A DNA stretch of 59,580 nucleotides, filler included, from Limisphaerales bacterium (GTDB taxonomy: Bacteria; Verrucomicrobiota; Verrucomicrobiia; Limisphaerales; SIBE01): NCBI GenBank assembly GCA_044225505.1. It is 3 parts of 3 records of this genome, joined end to end, with 100 filler letters (N's around TTAATTAATTAA, not from the genome) between each part and the next. Parts side by side here need not be neighbours in the genome. Positions count along the whole stretch, not along the records: positions 20,517 to 40,459 come from JBGAIN010000156.1; 2 more parts are not named here. One strand, written 5' to 3'. The position numbers and the translations under genes are program-made. This document shows positions 28,002 to 39,017 of the stretch, piece by piece; position 1 is the first letter of the stretch, and each line of letters begins with the position of its first letter. The notes under the pieces are model-generated. The model was not told where the DNA came from and made no database searches. It saw only the letters and a program-made list of their open reading frames with translations.

Positions 28002-28814
28002 TTACTTCACGTTCCAAAACTCCGGATCGGATGCGCGAGTGGCTTTAGAAACATAGCTCTGGGCCGGGTCGACTCGGTAGTGATTGGTCTCCACGCTCTC
28101 GGCGACTTCATTGAACTGGCTGAGTACTTTCATCTCATCCGCGGTGGCTCCCTTCCAGGCGGTTTCGCCTTCGGTGAGGCGTTGGTCAAGTTCGCCATAG
28201 TTTTCCATTGAGGAAATGATGAGGTAGATAGGTAGTCGTTCGCCTGCCAGGACTTCATAAACCCGGTATTGTGCCTTGGGTGCGCCACGCTTGATCATGG
28301 CGGCGTAGGTTTTGGACATTTCTTCGAACTTCGGTTCAAAACCCGGACGGATGCGAAAGATGCTAATTTCGAAATACCGTGCTTTCGAAAGATCTGGGAA
28401 GGTGCCCACGCTCAAGTCTGAAACCGCGCGCGCGCGCATCACGCGACTGCTGGTGATGTATTCGGCGTCGGCCAAAGCCAAACGATCCATCTCCGCCGAG
28501 AGGACAGGGTCTTTGGCATCGCGTTTGATCGTGTCATCGATTGCTTTAAAGGAATCACTTGGTTCTAGATACCAAACTTCACTGGGTCCGGTCATTGAGA
28601 CCAGCGCCAAGTAATGATTGGGATGGTTCGCCTTCTCCAGAGCTGCCGGGTAGCCCGCCTCGAGTTTGCTGTGTTCAGCGGCTTTGCCCACTTTCAATTG
28701 TTCCCGATAAATGGTCAGAACCTTCGGTTGTGTTTTGGGGAGATCATCCGCGGTGGCACGCCCGAGTGTGCCAGCAACGACGAGCAAGACTAGAGATAAG
28801 GTGAGTCGTTTCAT
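28002..28814 (-). CDS. Secreted hypothetical protein, two NIPSNAP-like (dimeric alpha/beta barrel) halves
   Basis: Signal peptide; paired motifs IYREQLKVGKAAEH and ISIFRIRPGFEPKFEE. Confidence 0.65.
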   Translation of the reverse strand: MKRLTLSLVLLVVAGTLGRATADDLPKTQPKVLTIYREQLKVGKAAEHSKLEAGYPAALEKANHPNHYLALVSMTGPSEVWYLEPSDSFKAIDDTIKRDAKDPVLSAEMDRLALADAEYITSSRVMRARAVSDLSVGTFPDLSKARYFEISIFRIRPGFEPKFEEMSKTYAAMIKRGAPKAQYRVYEVLAGERLPIYLIISSMENYGELDQRLTEGETAWKGATADEMKVLSQFNEVAESVETNHYRVDPAQSYVSKATRASDPEFWNVK

Positions 28815-29317
28815 AAGAATGAGAGGTTACGAATGTGTTGGTTGGTTGGTTTTTGAATTCGGCATGCCCGTGAACGAGATTCTATTCCCGTGCCCGAAAT
28901 CGAACTACGCCTAAGTGAACTGTGGCTGAAGACTCTTTATGACCAGGGCTCTGGTTACCGTCAATGGCGAAATGGATAAGGCCGCTGCGCCTGCGCCGGA
29001 GCGTGAAGCGTTCGGGATGGAAGGAGTTACAGATAGCCGGAGCCGCCGTTGCACTTAAGGCTCCGGCCGCTCCTCTGTCTGACGACCTGGCTCCGTTCGT
29101 CGCCAGGGCGGACAGGGAATCCAGAACGGAGGCAGAAGATATGGAAATCTTGCCGCGGCGCTCAGCGTGATCGATGCAAGTTGCTGGCACCAAGGATTTC
29201 GCGAGGTCCCTCGGTGAGGACGATTCCTGCAATCACCCCGTTCTGAACCGTTCTCGAAACTCCATTCGCGGGGCGCAGCCTGTCGCGATTCCAGGCAAGC
29301 TGGGCTATTCTCTCCGC

Positions 29318-30649
29318 ATGTCTCAGATTCTCCTTGAGCTAGTAGTGATTGGGTTGCTGCTGATGGCCAACGGGGTCTTTTCCATGGCAGAGATCGCGGT
29401 GGTGTCGTCGCGAAAAGCCCGCTTGCGGCAGAGCGCAGAGGCTGGCGATTGGCGAGCAGCTGCGGCATTGGAGTTGGCCGAATCCCCGAACAACTTTCTG
29501 GCAACGGTTCAGATCGGGATCACGTTGGTGGGAGTGATTGCGGCCGCGTTCAGCGGCGCCACCCTCGCCGAGAAATTGTCTTCGCCCATGGAACAGATTG
29601 CCTGGCTCGCTCCGTACGCAGAGAAGGTGAGCTTTGTTCTCGTCGTTTGCGCGTTGACCTTTTTTACATTGGTGATCGGAGAGCTTGTTCCTAAACGCCT
29701 GGGGATGGGAAATCCCGAGGGCATCGCTCGGACGCTCGCCGCACCGATGCGTCGACTGGCCCGGGTAGCATCGCCGCTCGTCGCCCTGTTGAGCTGGTCA
29801 ACCGACGCTCTGTTGAAAATGTTCCGTATTCAAACGTCCGATCCGACAGCGGTCACGGATGAGGAAGTGAAGTTGTTGGTCAAAGAAGGGATGCGCGCCG
29901 GAATTTTCCATCCTAGTGAACCTGCCATGGTCGAGAGTGTGATGGCTCTTGACGCTGTCCCGGTCAAAGATTTGATGACCCCGCGCGCTCGGATCATCTG
30001 GGTCAATGTGCACGATTCGCACGACGCGATTTGGCACAAGATCGTGGTCAGCGGGCATTCTATCTTTCCTGTTTATGAGGGCAACCGAGACCGAGTTCTT
30101 GGAACGATTTCGGTCAAAGCGATTTACGCCAACCTGGCGGCCAACACACCGGTGCGGGTCCGGGACTTGACCACCCCGGCGCTGGTGGTCCCGGATTCTC
30201 AGCCTGCGAGCGCACTCTTGGAGAAGTTCAAACAGAGCGGCAAACACGTCGCATTGGTGGCCGACGAATTCGGAGCGATTACCGGGTTGGTTTCGCTGCA
30301 TGATGTCATGGAAGCCATCCTCGGTGAGATTCCTTCGTTTGGCGAACGCTCCAAGCCGCGGGCGGTGCGAAAGGACGACGGTTCCTGGTTGATCGATGGA
30401 ATGCTGGATTCCGAGGAAGTCGAACGAGTTGTTCCCAACTTGGCATTGCATCCGTTATCCCTGCGGGATTACCAGACGTTTGCCGGTTTCGTGATTAAAC
30501 ATTTGGGACGCGTGCCTTCGGAAGGAGAAAGCTTCGATTGGGGCTGCTATACGGTCGAGATCATCGATATGGATGGGCACCGCGTTGACAAGGTCCTGGT
30601 CGTTCCGCGAAAGCCTGCTCCCGAGTCAACCTCGTTACGGGGCGCGTAG
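29318..30649 (+). CDS. Hemolysin/CorC family (CNNM DUF21-CBS-CorC_HlyC) protein
   Basis: NGVFSMAEIAVVSSRK, FLATVQIGITL, GELVPKR, MTPR, DEFGAITGLVSLHD, DMDGHRVDKV. Confidence 0.93.
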   Translation: MSQILLELVVIGLLLMANGVFSMAEIAVVSSRKARLRQSAEAGDWRAAAALELAESPNNFLATVQIGITLVGVIAAAFSGATLAEKLSSPMEQIAWLAPYAEKVSFVLVVCALTFFTLVIGELVPKRLGMGNPEGIARTLAAPMRRLARVASPLVALLSWSTDALLKMFRIQTSDPTAVTDEEVKLLVKEGMRAGIFHPSEPAMVESVMALDAVPVKDLMTPRARIIWVNVHDSHDAIWHKIVVSGHSIFPVYEGNRDRVLGTISVKAIYANLAANTPVRVRDLTTPALVVPDSQPASALLEKFKQSGKHVALVADEFGAITGLVSLHDVMEAILGEIPSFGERSKPRAVRKDDGSWLIDGMLDSEEVERVVPNLALHPLSLRDYQTFAGFVIKHLGRVPSEGESFDWGCYTVEIIDMDGHRVDKVLVVPRKPAPESTSLRGA

Positions 30650-30719
30650 ATGGTGATCAGCCCTTGACCGGACGGAAGGGACTTCCTACGGTTAGTGCAA
30701 CCCATTGCTGTAATGACGT

Positions 30720-31688
30720 ATGAAAGAGCTGACGCGCCGCCACTTTCTCCTCAATGCTGGACTCATGACGATGGCGGGGGCCGGAGCGGCCCCAAAATGG
30801 CTTCATGCAGCGCCGCCAACTCGAGAGGGGAATCCTCACCTTGGCATGGTGCGCTTGGGAGGTCCGATATTTGAGAAAACAGACGATCCAGAGGCCATGG
30901 CCGAGGCGCACCGCAAACTTGGCTACCGGGCTGCCTACTGTCCAAACCTGGCTCTGAAAGACACCGGTCGAATTCGAGCGGTGAGTGACGCTTTCGCAAA
31001 GCGGGGGGTTGTGATTGCGGAGGTGGGGCGCTGGGTCAATCTGTTGGATGCCAACGAAGGGAAGCGCGCGGCAAATCTGCAGACGGTGACGGAGGGGTTA
31101 GCTCTTGCCGAGGAGGTTGGCGCCCTCTGTTGCGTGGACATTGCTGGATCTTACAGCACTAAAGAATGGTACGGACCGCATCCTGAGAACTTCTCGCCGA
31201 AGTTCTTTGATGCGATTGTAGAGAACGCGCGCAAGATTATCGACGCGGTGAAGCCACAACGAGCCAAGTTTTCTTATGAAATGATGGGATGGGCGATTCC
31301 CGAAGGACCAGGTCAGTACTTAAAGCTCATTCGAGCCATCGATCGAAAAGCCTTTGCCGTGCACTTGGATCCATGCAACGCGGTCAACACGCCCGAGCGG
31401 TTCTACAGCAATTCAAAATTACTGATCGATTGTTTTGATAAACTCGGAAAGTGGATTGTCAGTTGCCATGCCAAAGACTTGACCTGGGACGTGGAGATGA
31501 ACGTGCATTTTAGAGAAGTCCGACCGGGAGCGGGATCGATCGATTACAGAACCTATTTGCGCCGGTTAGCTGCCTTGCCGCAACGGCCTCCTTTAATGCT
31601 TGAGCATCTTCCTTCTTCGGAGGAGTACGACAAAGCCCGTTTGCACTTGCTCCAACTTGGGGAAAGCATCGGGGTCGATTTCAGCTAG
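30720..31688 (+). CDS. Tat-exported sugar phosphate isomerase/epimerase (AP endonuclease 2 TIM barrel)
   Basis: TRRHFL leader; metal-binding motifs E, D..N, CHAKD, LEH. Confidence 0.88.
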   Translation: MKELTRRHFLLNAGLMTMAGAGAAPKWLHAAPPTREGNPHLGMVRLGGPIFEKTDDPEAMAEAHRKLGYRAAYCPNLALKDTGRIRAVSDAFAKRGVVIAEVGRWVNLLDANEGKRAANLQTVTEGLALAEEVGALCCVDIAGSYSTKEWYGPHPENFSPKFFDAIVENARKIIDAVKPQRAKFSYEMMGWAIPEGPGQYLKLIRAIDRKAFAVHLDPCNAVNTPERFYSNSKLLIDCFDKLGKWIVSCHAKDLTWDVEMNVHFREVRPGAGSIDYRTYLRRLAALPQRPPLMLEHLPSSEEYDKARLHLLQLGESIGVDFS

Positions 31689-31815
31689 CCGACAATCTGT
31701 AGTCCATGGAGTGGGCTGGCCAATCCGCCGGTCCAAGTCCCACCTTGACTGGCAAAAGCGCTGAGTGCCCCTTGATTTTCCCACCAACGGGCACCAGATT
31801 TCTAGAAAGAGGCGT

Positions 31816-32043
31816 ATGAGTTCGAAGGAGCAAAACAAAAAGTCGGTTCCGGTCGGAAGTCCAGTAAAAGACCCGGACGACTGGACGACAGGAGACGAAC
31901 GAATGACCGCGGCGCAGGTGTCTTACCTAAAGACATTGAGCACCGAAGCGCAGGAGGATTTCGACGAGACTCTGACCAAGGCGGAAGCGTCCAGGCGCAT
32001 CGAAGAGCTGCAGAAGAAAACCGGACGCGGGCAGGGAAGCTGA
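31816..32043 (+). CDS. DUF3072 family small protein
   Basis: KDPDDWTTGDE.MT.AQ.SYLKTL...A..LTKAEAS..I. Confidence 0.88.
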   Translation: MSSKEQNKKSVPVGSPVKDPDDWTTGDERMTAAQVSYLKTLSTEAQEDFDETLTKAEASRRIEELQKKTGRGQGS

Positions 32044-32117
32044 TAAATAATGCTTCGCGTGTCGAGCTGATCGGCAAGCGAGATCTTTCCCGGCAAGCAC
32101 ACACCAGGAAACAAAAG

Positions 32118-32150
32118 AGAGGCTGGCGGACATAAAGTTCGCCAGCCTCT
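32118..32150. terminator. Bidirectional intrinsic terminator
   Basis: AGAGGCTGGCG-loop-CGCCAGCCTCT flanked by A- and T-rich tracts, between convergent genes. Confidence 0.7.
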
Positions 32151-32224
32151 TGTTTTAAGGGCAGGTCCGGGCATTCCAGCCTGCCACGCATGAGGCGCAC
32201 AGGCTGGCCATGCCAGGGAGGTCT

Positions 32225-33771
32225 TTAATAGACGGTGGTGCTCTCGAGTTCCACGATCGGGTTCTCGCGCGCCTTCGTGGTCACTTGGGTTTCGAGGCGA
32301 TGATCACCTGCCTTGGCGGCTTTTCCGACCAGGGTATAAGTGATTGTTTGCTTCGGCGCGAGCCGTGCGACCGTCGGCCAGGTGACCGTCTTGCCTTGGA
32401 TGGTCGCCCCGTTTGACCCATTCACAGGATCCATCTGATCGACGAAGGTCGACTTGACGTTCACGTCTTCGATATCACGAGTCGAACCTTGGTTCGTGAC
32501 CCGAATGGTGAAGGTCGTGGTTTCGCCAACCTGAATTGGATCAGGATCGTCCACGACTTCAACCAGCACGCCGGTGACACCGATCCATTCGGTGCAATCC
32601 TGGCTGGAATCTTTCAGACCTTGTGCTGTCGCAACACTCGCGGAGTTGCAGAAACGACCAGGACTGCGGGACATGACTTGCACGGCCAGCGTTTTCTCGG
32701 CGCCGGCGGCCAGTTCACCCAAGTTCCAGGTTACTGTATTTCCGCTCACACTCCCGCCTTCTGCCGAAACGATCGAAGTCTCGGGGGCGGCATTGTCTGT
32801 GACAACGACCCCGGTCAGCGGGATGTCTCCCGTATTCGACACCACGATGTTGTAGGAAGCGGTGCGATTGATCAGCAGTTGCTTGTCATTGGTCGACTTA
32901 ACGATTTTAACCCCTGGCTGCACAATGGTCGTACACGCTTCGGCATTGACTTGGCCTGCGTCCGACGAGGCTGCCACAGCTCCATTACACACGCGACCGC
33001 GTTTGTCCGCGCGCAAGGTGACGGGGATACTCTTGGACTGGTTCGGACCCAAATCCCCGACGTCGAACGAGAGCTGCCGCTGGCCGCTCGAATGTGTCAA
33101 TCCTTCGGGCACGGTGTCCGTGACCTTGACGGCGTGCGCTACGGCCGATCCGCGGTTGCTGACGTTGATCGTGTAGGTCACGTCACTGCCGATCTGCGCG
33201 GTTTCTGGTCCGCTCTTGGTGATGGCGAGGACGGGTTTGCCCACCAGGAGTCTCGGGCTTACGCGCGTGGTTCAGCAACGACGGTGGCACACGACGCCAA
33301 GCGCCCTTCCTGATCGGCCTTTAACCAGACCTTTGATCGGGTGTGAATCTCCGGGTCAGTAATTTCTTTGAATCGCCAGATCAAACGGTCGCCCTGCACT
33401 TGGCGGCCGGGTCGGCCTGAACATAGCGCCTGTCGGGACTTTGATCGGTGACGACGACGTTCCCGACGCAGGCTGCCGCGACAGGATTGAGTTCGTACAT
33501 GAACTCTTGTCCTAAAGAGACTTCAGCTGGCATGCGCTTGTTCATCCGCACGAGCCCAGTCGTGATCTCCGCGCAGTTGGCCGGGCCAGCTCGAGTCGCT
33601 GCCGCATTCTGTGGCGGACCTAGCGACGGCTTTATCGTGGTCGTCCGTCACGGTGCCAGCCCCTGGAGACGTTCGCGTGGTGGTTTTGCAGCCAGCAACG
33701 AGCAATGCCAAAGCAGTGGCCATCGCTGGCAAGGCCACTGAGCCGTTTAATTTCATCAGTTTAGTTGTCAT
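32225..33771 (-). pseudogene. DUF11-repeat, cysteine-containing lipoprotein related to chlamydial OmcB; 5' part frameshifted
   Basis: The 3' ORF is intact with DUF11 repeats (LAITKSGP..YTINVSN.G; VVDDPDPIQVGE..IRVTNQG). Upstream pieces lie in shifting frames: LVAGC lipobox; LVRMNKRMPAEVSLGQEF.Y...CVGNVVVTD; VWLKADQEGRLASCATV followed by a stop. Confidence 0.8.
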
Positions 33772-33899
33772 AGAGTTTGTTTTTGGTCCCCGAACTGTTC
33801 CTTCATACCAAGGTTCCAGCGAGTTGGGAAGAGCCGAAAAACAATTCCGTAACCTATCGCCGGCCCGCGAGTCAGAATAAGTACAGTCTGGAGGATCTT

Positions 33900-34985
33900 A
33901 TGAGCCTTAAACTGGCCGCCGGTTCGGGAAATCGAAACCCTGGCTTCCACCCGCCCAAAGGCAATCCCTGGCAGGTCTCTGCGGACGAGTTCCCCGGAGA
34001 TGGCACGCCCGAAGAGCAGCTTTGGTTCGCGGTGAGTTACGCCCTCCTAGCTCCTTCGACCCATAACACGCAGCCGTGGCAGTTCGCGATCCATGGCCGC
34101 GATCTCGATTTGCTGGCTGATTATTCAAGACAACTGTCCGTGGTTGATCCCGCGGGCCGTGAGCTCATCATGAGTTGTGGCGCTGCTTTGCAGCACGTGC
34201 AGTTGGCCCTGCGTTACTTTGGCTATTCGGAGAATGTGGCGGAATTCCCTGATCCGCAACGACCCGATTGGCTGGCGCGTGTCCATCAAGGGACGCACGG
34301 CGAAACCGATGCCGATACCGTCCTGCTCTTCCGGTCTATTCCGCATCGATGCACCAATCGGCATGCGTTTCGAGAAGATCCTATCCCAATGCTTGTCCTT
34401 GGAGAGTTGGAGATGGCGGCCCAAAGTCCGGGGGTCTGGCTGCGCGTTTTGGATAGCGACGCGGACAAGTCTAGCTTGGCACAACTTGTGGGAGAAGGCG
34501 ATCGTCAGCAGTGGGCGGACAAGGCTTTCCGGAAGGAACTGGCCAACTGGATTCGACCTACCGGCCTGGCGACTCGGGATGGCCTTCCAATCGCGACGCA
34601 GGATCTGGGCGGGCTAATGTCGCATGCTGGCGCATTTGCGATTCGGACGTTTGATTTGGGCAAAGGATATGCCGCTAAAGATGAAGAGATTCTCAAGCAC
34701 TCCGGGGCATTGGCCATCCTTGCGACCGATCGCGATGATCCGGTCGCTTGGTTAAACGCTGGGCAGTCCATGGCTCGAGTTTTGTTAAGGGCGCAAGCCG
34801 ATGGGCTTTCTTCTTCCTTTCTAAACCAACCCACCGAGATCGCTGAACTCCGCCAGTCCCTTGCGGAGCTTCTGGGGCGCGATGGCTTTCCACAGGTTGT
34901 CCTACGTCTTGGCTATGGGAATCCAGTGCCACACACCCCGCGGCGCTACGTAAGCGACGTGGTCACGGTGCACAGCGCGAATTGA
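33900..34985 (+). CDS. Acg family FMN-binding nitroreductase-like protein
   Basis: LAPSTHNTQPW, D..GRE..MSCGAAL, R.TNR, WL.AGQ..RVLL, PQVVLRLGYG..TPRR; GGAGG RBS. Confidence 0.92.
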   Translation: MSLKLAAGSGNRNPGFHPPKGNPWQVSADEFPGDGTPEEQLWFAVSYALLAPSTHNTQPWQFAIHGRDLDLLADYSRQLSVVDPAGRELIMSCGAALQHVQLALRYFGYSENVAEFPDPQRPDWLARVHQGTHGETDADTVLLFRSIPHRCTNRHAFREDPIPMLVLGELEMAAQSPGVWLRVLDSDADKSSLAQLVGEGDRQQWADKAFRKELANWIRPTGLATRDGLPIATQDLGGLMSHAGAFAIRTFDLGKGYAAKDEEILKHSGALAILATDRDDPVAWLNAGQSMARVLLRAQADGLSSSFLNQPTEIAELRQSLAELLGRDGFPQVVLRLGYGNPVPHTPRRYVSDVVTVHSAN

Positions 34986-35286
34986 GCGCTACGAAAGATA
35001 CAGAATTTGGTGACGCCTCATTGGAGAACATAGCGTTGCCGGCCCTGCCTGAACCCTGCGACCGGCATTGTGGTCGTTTGGTTGGTCCATCGTGAGGTGA
35101 GTCCATGCACCACAGCATGGTCGAGATCCTGGCGAACCTCGCTATCTCTGCTTTCTACGGGATTTCCACGGCAATTCCCGCAAATACTTCGACAACGGAC
35201 GGTTAGTAGGAGCGGCAGTCCCAGCTTAGGCTGAACACACGCTTGGCTCGGACGCAGGCGATGAGTTGAATGATTCAGCTAGGCCA

Positions 35287-35532
35287 ATGAGTACGTCAAC
35301 GTTGGAATACGATGTCGATCTTAAAGTGCTCCGGCAACTGTTCAACGAGCGTGAGTGGACGTTCTTGATGAGTCATCCGACTTTTGTAGCCGCCACGGAT
35401 CGACTAAAGAGTGCGTCGGACCATCGCATTCAAACTGCTCACGACATCGTGGCTTTGGCGTTGGATCTGGTCAATTCTCAGCGGTTCAACAGCACGGGCG
35501 CCTTTCAACAACTGATTAGGGTGTTTTCCTGA
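35287..35532 (+). CDS. Small hypothetical protein
   Basis: Compact helical-looking ORF with no recognised motif. Confidence 0.45.
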   Translation: MSTSTLEYDVDLKVLRQLFNEREWTFLMSHPTFVAATDRLKSASDHRIQTAHDIVALALDLVNSQRFNSTGAFQQLIRVFS

Positions 35533-36348
35533 GTTATTCACAGCCGCGGAAGCGGTAACCTTCGCTCTCGCAGCCGTTTCTGTATCTGAACTCAGTTTTG
35601 GTGGATAACTTTGGCTTCCTTCTGCATTCTTCCCTCGCTACCCTCTGAACATCCTCGATCTCGAACAGCCGTCCACCAACCAACGGCGTGCTCGACGCGG
35701 ATCGCTTCTTCATCAGCGAACACCTGTCCCATGGAGGGGATGGGTTGTCTGAAGGCCCGGCGCATTTTCCAACGGCCCGCCTCTTCACGAAGTGCAATAC
35801 CAAATGGCGAGTTCACGGCCGAATCCGCAATGAGGGAATAACCCACCGTGTGGATTCACTGCGGTGTGTCCCGGAGGTCAGTCGCCGTCGTTCCTGCGAA
35901 CAAATAACTCGTGATTGCGTGGGTCCTGGTCGTTATGTCGTACGCGCGACGCGCTCGAGAGAATGGCATGGCTGTTGATTCCGGCTCTTTCGATGCCCGT
36001 GGCTCTGGCCCGCTCTGGTAGTTGCGGTCTCGGTGCTGCCGCGGTAGTGGAGAGGGCGTCAATTCGGTTGACAAAGGTCAAGGAGGATTAATCCAGCACC
36101 GGGCATAGTCCAAGAGTGGGAACATGCTAGGAAAGAGAACGAGGTGATCCGGCGTATGGAAAAAAAGCGTGGTGAGCGTGGCAGCGGTCTGTGACGCTGA
36201 CGGGAATCGTGTTGGAAAAGCAGCCGGCGATCAGTCCGCGAGTTCAAGCTTGTCGCGACCATCGCTAGATTCTGCAACGAGAGGCTATCGGCACGGTAAA
36301 TATCGCCGTGGAGAACACCACTAGATCACTCTAAATGTCTCGCATTTC

Positions 36349-36981
36349 ATGAACACGAAAATAGGAATCTCCTCTGGCGCGGCTTCCGCCGCGGCTGCCA
36401 TCAGTCAGGTCTCGGCCGATCACGATCCGGCGTCGGAGTTGATCGCCAAGATCAAGAGCAAGGACGATCAGATTCGTGGACCAGCCTGGCAGAACGCGGA
36501 AATGGTCGGGGCGCCCGCCGTGAAGGCGTTGGCATCGCTTTTCCTGGACCCGGATTTCGAAACAGGGCGGGCTGCCAAGCGCGCGCTGTGGCGTATCGTC
36601 CGTCATGTTGGCCGGCCTGGTGCGGATGGCGAACGCGAGGCCGTTGTGAAGGAATTAATCTCGATATTGAAAGATGCGGCCAATCCAGTCCGTCGCGAGA
36701 TCCTGGGGATGCTCTCTGAGATCGGCGGAGAGGAAAGTGTGCCTGCGGTGGCAGAGTTTTTGAACGACCGTGAAATTCGTGAAGCGGCGCGCGCGGCTCT
36801 TGAACGCACACCCGGATCGCGCGCGGTAGAAGCTCTGAAGGAGGGAATGGCCGCGGTCGATCCAGAGTTCAAATACGCTATGGCGCAGTCCCTGCGCGTT
36901 CGGGGTGTTCAGGTCGACGGATACGCAAGCCAAAAGCTTGTTCCGACGCGCCCCACCGGGACGGCCAGCAAAACGCTCTGA
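36349..36981 (+). CDS. HEAT-repeat protein
   Basis: Repeats such as LSEIGGEESVPAVAEFL and REAARAALERTPG. Confidence 0.8.
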   Translation: MNTKIGISSGAASAAAAISQVSADHDPASELIAKIKSKDDQIRGPAWQNAEMVGAPAVKALASLFLDPDFETGRAAKRALWRIVRHVGRPGADGEREAVVKELISILKDAANPVRREILGMLSEIGGEESVPAVAEFLNDREIREAARAALERTPGSRAVEALKEGMAAVDPEFKYAMAQSLRVRGVQVDGYASQKLVPTRPTGTASKTL

Positions 36982-37118
36982 CATTGGAATAGACTGCTGG
37001 GCAAGCATAGATCGCCGCCAGACCGGCTGACGGTAGGCGAGTTCTGAGCCCACCCTTTAGGCATGATGCCAACCCCGAACCACTTGAGATTGTCGCGCCA
37101 TATCCTTTCGGAGATGCC

Positions 37119-38564
37119 ATGAGTGTGCAGCCTAACCACCCGCCGCCTAGCCAGCCCGAGGCGACACCGCGTTTTGGCAGTGTGCGATGGCTACCGCTTC
37201 TGGTTGCAGCCCTGGGTTGCGTGATTTTAGCCATCTGGTGGTTCCGTCCGCCTCATATGGCTCTGGTGCCACGCTTGCCAGGAACAGACCGCGCTCCGGG
37301 AACCGAAGGTGGAGGGCACAGCAACGCCGTCGAAAGCGGAAAACTTATCGTCGGACCGGGACGGGTCGCGGATCTGCCGGGCAATTGGCCGAGCTTCCGA
37401 GGACCAGCCCGGACGGGAATCAGCACTGAGAAGGTGACCCTAGCCAGGAGTTGGGAAGGAAGCGGTTTGCGCGAGCTCTGGGGAATCGACTTGGGAGAGG
37501 GATATGCAGGTCCGGCGGTGGTGGGTGGAAGAGTGTATCTCGTCGACTACGACCGCGAAACGCGACAGGACGCGATCCGTTGCCTGTCGCTGGCCGACGG
37601 GCAAGAGATCTGGCGCTTTGCTTATCCTGTGGCGGTAAAACGTAACCATGGCATGACGCGAACGGTTCCGGCCGTGTCGGATAACTTTCTCGTGTCGATG
37701 GGGCCGAAGTGCCATGTGTCCTGCCTAAATCCCAAAACGGGTGAATTACGGTGGGGCATGGATCTCGTGAAGCAATTCGGCGCGACTGTTCCGCCCTGGT
37801 ACGCTGGCCAGTGCCCATTGATCGATGGCGACCTTGTGATTCTGGCGCCGGGCGGAAAGGACGTCCTGCTCATGGGAGTTGAACTCGAGACTGGGAAAGT
37901 GCGCTGGCAAACGCCCAATTCCAAGGGATGGAAAATGACGCACTCTTCCATCGTGTCGATGGAGTTTGGAGGCGAGCGGATGTTTGTTTACTGTGCCTCC
38001 CTGGGCGTGGTGGGCGTTTCCGCTAAGGATGGTCGCTTGCTTTGGGAAACGACGGACTGGAAAATAAGCATCGCGACGGTTCCTACCCCCGTGCCGCTCG
38101 AATTAGGTCAAATCTTCCTTTCGGGCGGTTACAACGCTGGAAGTGCGTTGCTGCAACTGGAGGCCAGCGGTGGACAGTTTCTCGTAAAAACAGTGAAGCG
38201 ACTTGATCCGGAGGTTTTCGGCGCAACGCAGCAAACCCCGATTTTCTATAATCAATACATCTACGGCATCCGTGCGGACGGCCAGTTCGCCTGCTTGGAC
38301 CCGGAAGGAAATATCCGGTGGACAAGCGGCCCAACGCAGAGATTTAATCTAGGTTCTTACCTGCTTGCAGACGGGTTATTCCTAGCGCTCAACGATTCCG
38401 GCGCCTTGAGTTTAATCGAAGCGACCCCGGAAAAGTTCAATCGACTGGCCCAGGCCCAGGTTCTTAAGGGACGCGAATCGTGGGGGCCCATGGCGATCGC
38501 GGGAACCCGATTGCTCGCGCGCGACCTGACGCGAATGGTTTGTTTGGAGATTGGGGCGCATTAA
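37119..38564 (+). CDS. PQQ-binding-like beta-propeller protein with N-terminal anchor
   Basis: WPSFRGP, LGEGYAGP, RNHGMTRTVP, WYAGQCP, MTHSS, ESWGPMA. Confidence 0.88.
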   Translation: MSVQPNHPPPSQPEATPRFGSVRWLPLLVAALGCVILAIWWFRPPHMALVPRLPGTDRAPGTEGGGHSNAVESGKLIVGPGRVADLPGNWPSFRGPARTGISTEKVTLARSWEGSGLRELWGIDLGEGYAGPAVVGGRVYLVDYDRETRQDAIRCLSLADGQEIWRFAYPVAVKRNHGMTRTVPAVSDNFLVSMGPKCHVSCLNPKTGELRWGMDLVKQFGATVPPWYAGQCPLIDGDLVILAPGGKDVLLMGVELETGKVRWQTPNSKGWKMTHSSIVSMEFGGERMFVYCASLGVVGVSAKDGRLLWETTDWKISIATVPTPVPLELGQIFLSGGYNAGSALLQLEASGGQFLVKTVKRLDPEVFGATQQTPIFYNQYIYGIRADGQFACLDPEGNIRWTSGPTQRFNLGSYLLADGLFLALNDSGALSLIEATPEKFNRLAQAQVLKGRESWGPMAIAGTRLLARDLTRMVCLEIGAH

Positions 38565-38716
38565 CCCCTGTCTTGTCGCAAAAAACGGGTCGCAATTGAC
38601 AAAACTGGCGAAGCCAGTTTTGCGCCTTCCGCCGAAGCTTTCTTGCAGAGTTCGGATACGAGTTCCTCAACCAAAAAACGTCCTGGAGCGCTCTTGGCAT
38701 TCCCAGGAAAACTTAA

Positions 38717-38953
38717 ATGAAGAACTTTGGGATATTGACCTGTTTGAGCCGCCGCGAGTTCCTCCGGCAAAGCGTACGTTCCGCATGTGTAACGGCGGGG
38801 GTCGCGTTCAGCGCCTGGCAAGTCCGCAAAGGTGCAGCCCTTCAGAGTTGCGTCAATCGTTCTGTTTGCGACGGATGCATTGCCTTTGACGAGTGCACAT
38901 TGCCTCCCGCGCTGGCGTTTTCGCAGAATCAGGCAACCCGATCCGCGCTCTAA
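38717..38953 (+). CDS. Small Cys-rich protein with twin-arginine-like motif
   Basis: SRREFL, a TM segment, then C-x4-CxxC-x5-C-xLP. Confidence 0.7.
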   Translation: MKNFGILTCLSRREFLRQSVRSACVTAGVAFSAWQVRKGAALQSCVNRSVCDGCIAFDECTLPPALAFSQNQATRSAL

Positions 38954-39017
38954 CGATGCGAAACCTGCAATCACGAAAAGCTGATATTTAACGGCTCTAA
39001 ATGGGGAGAGAGGCAAA

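Noticed and set aside
35534..36300. Several short ORFs in a long intergenic stretch
   Set aside because: No motifs, RBS or consistent coding signal.
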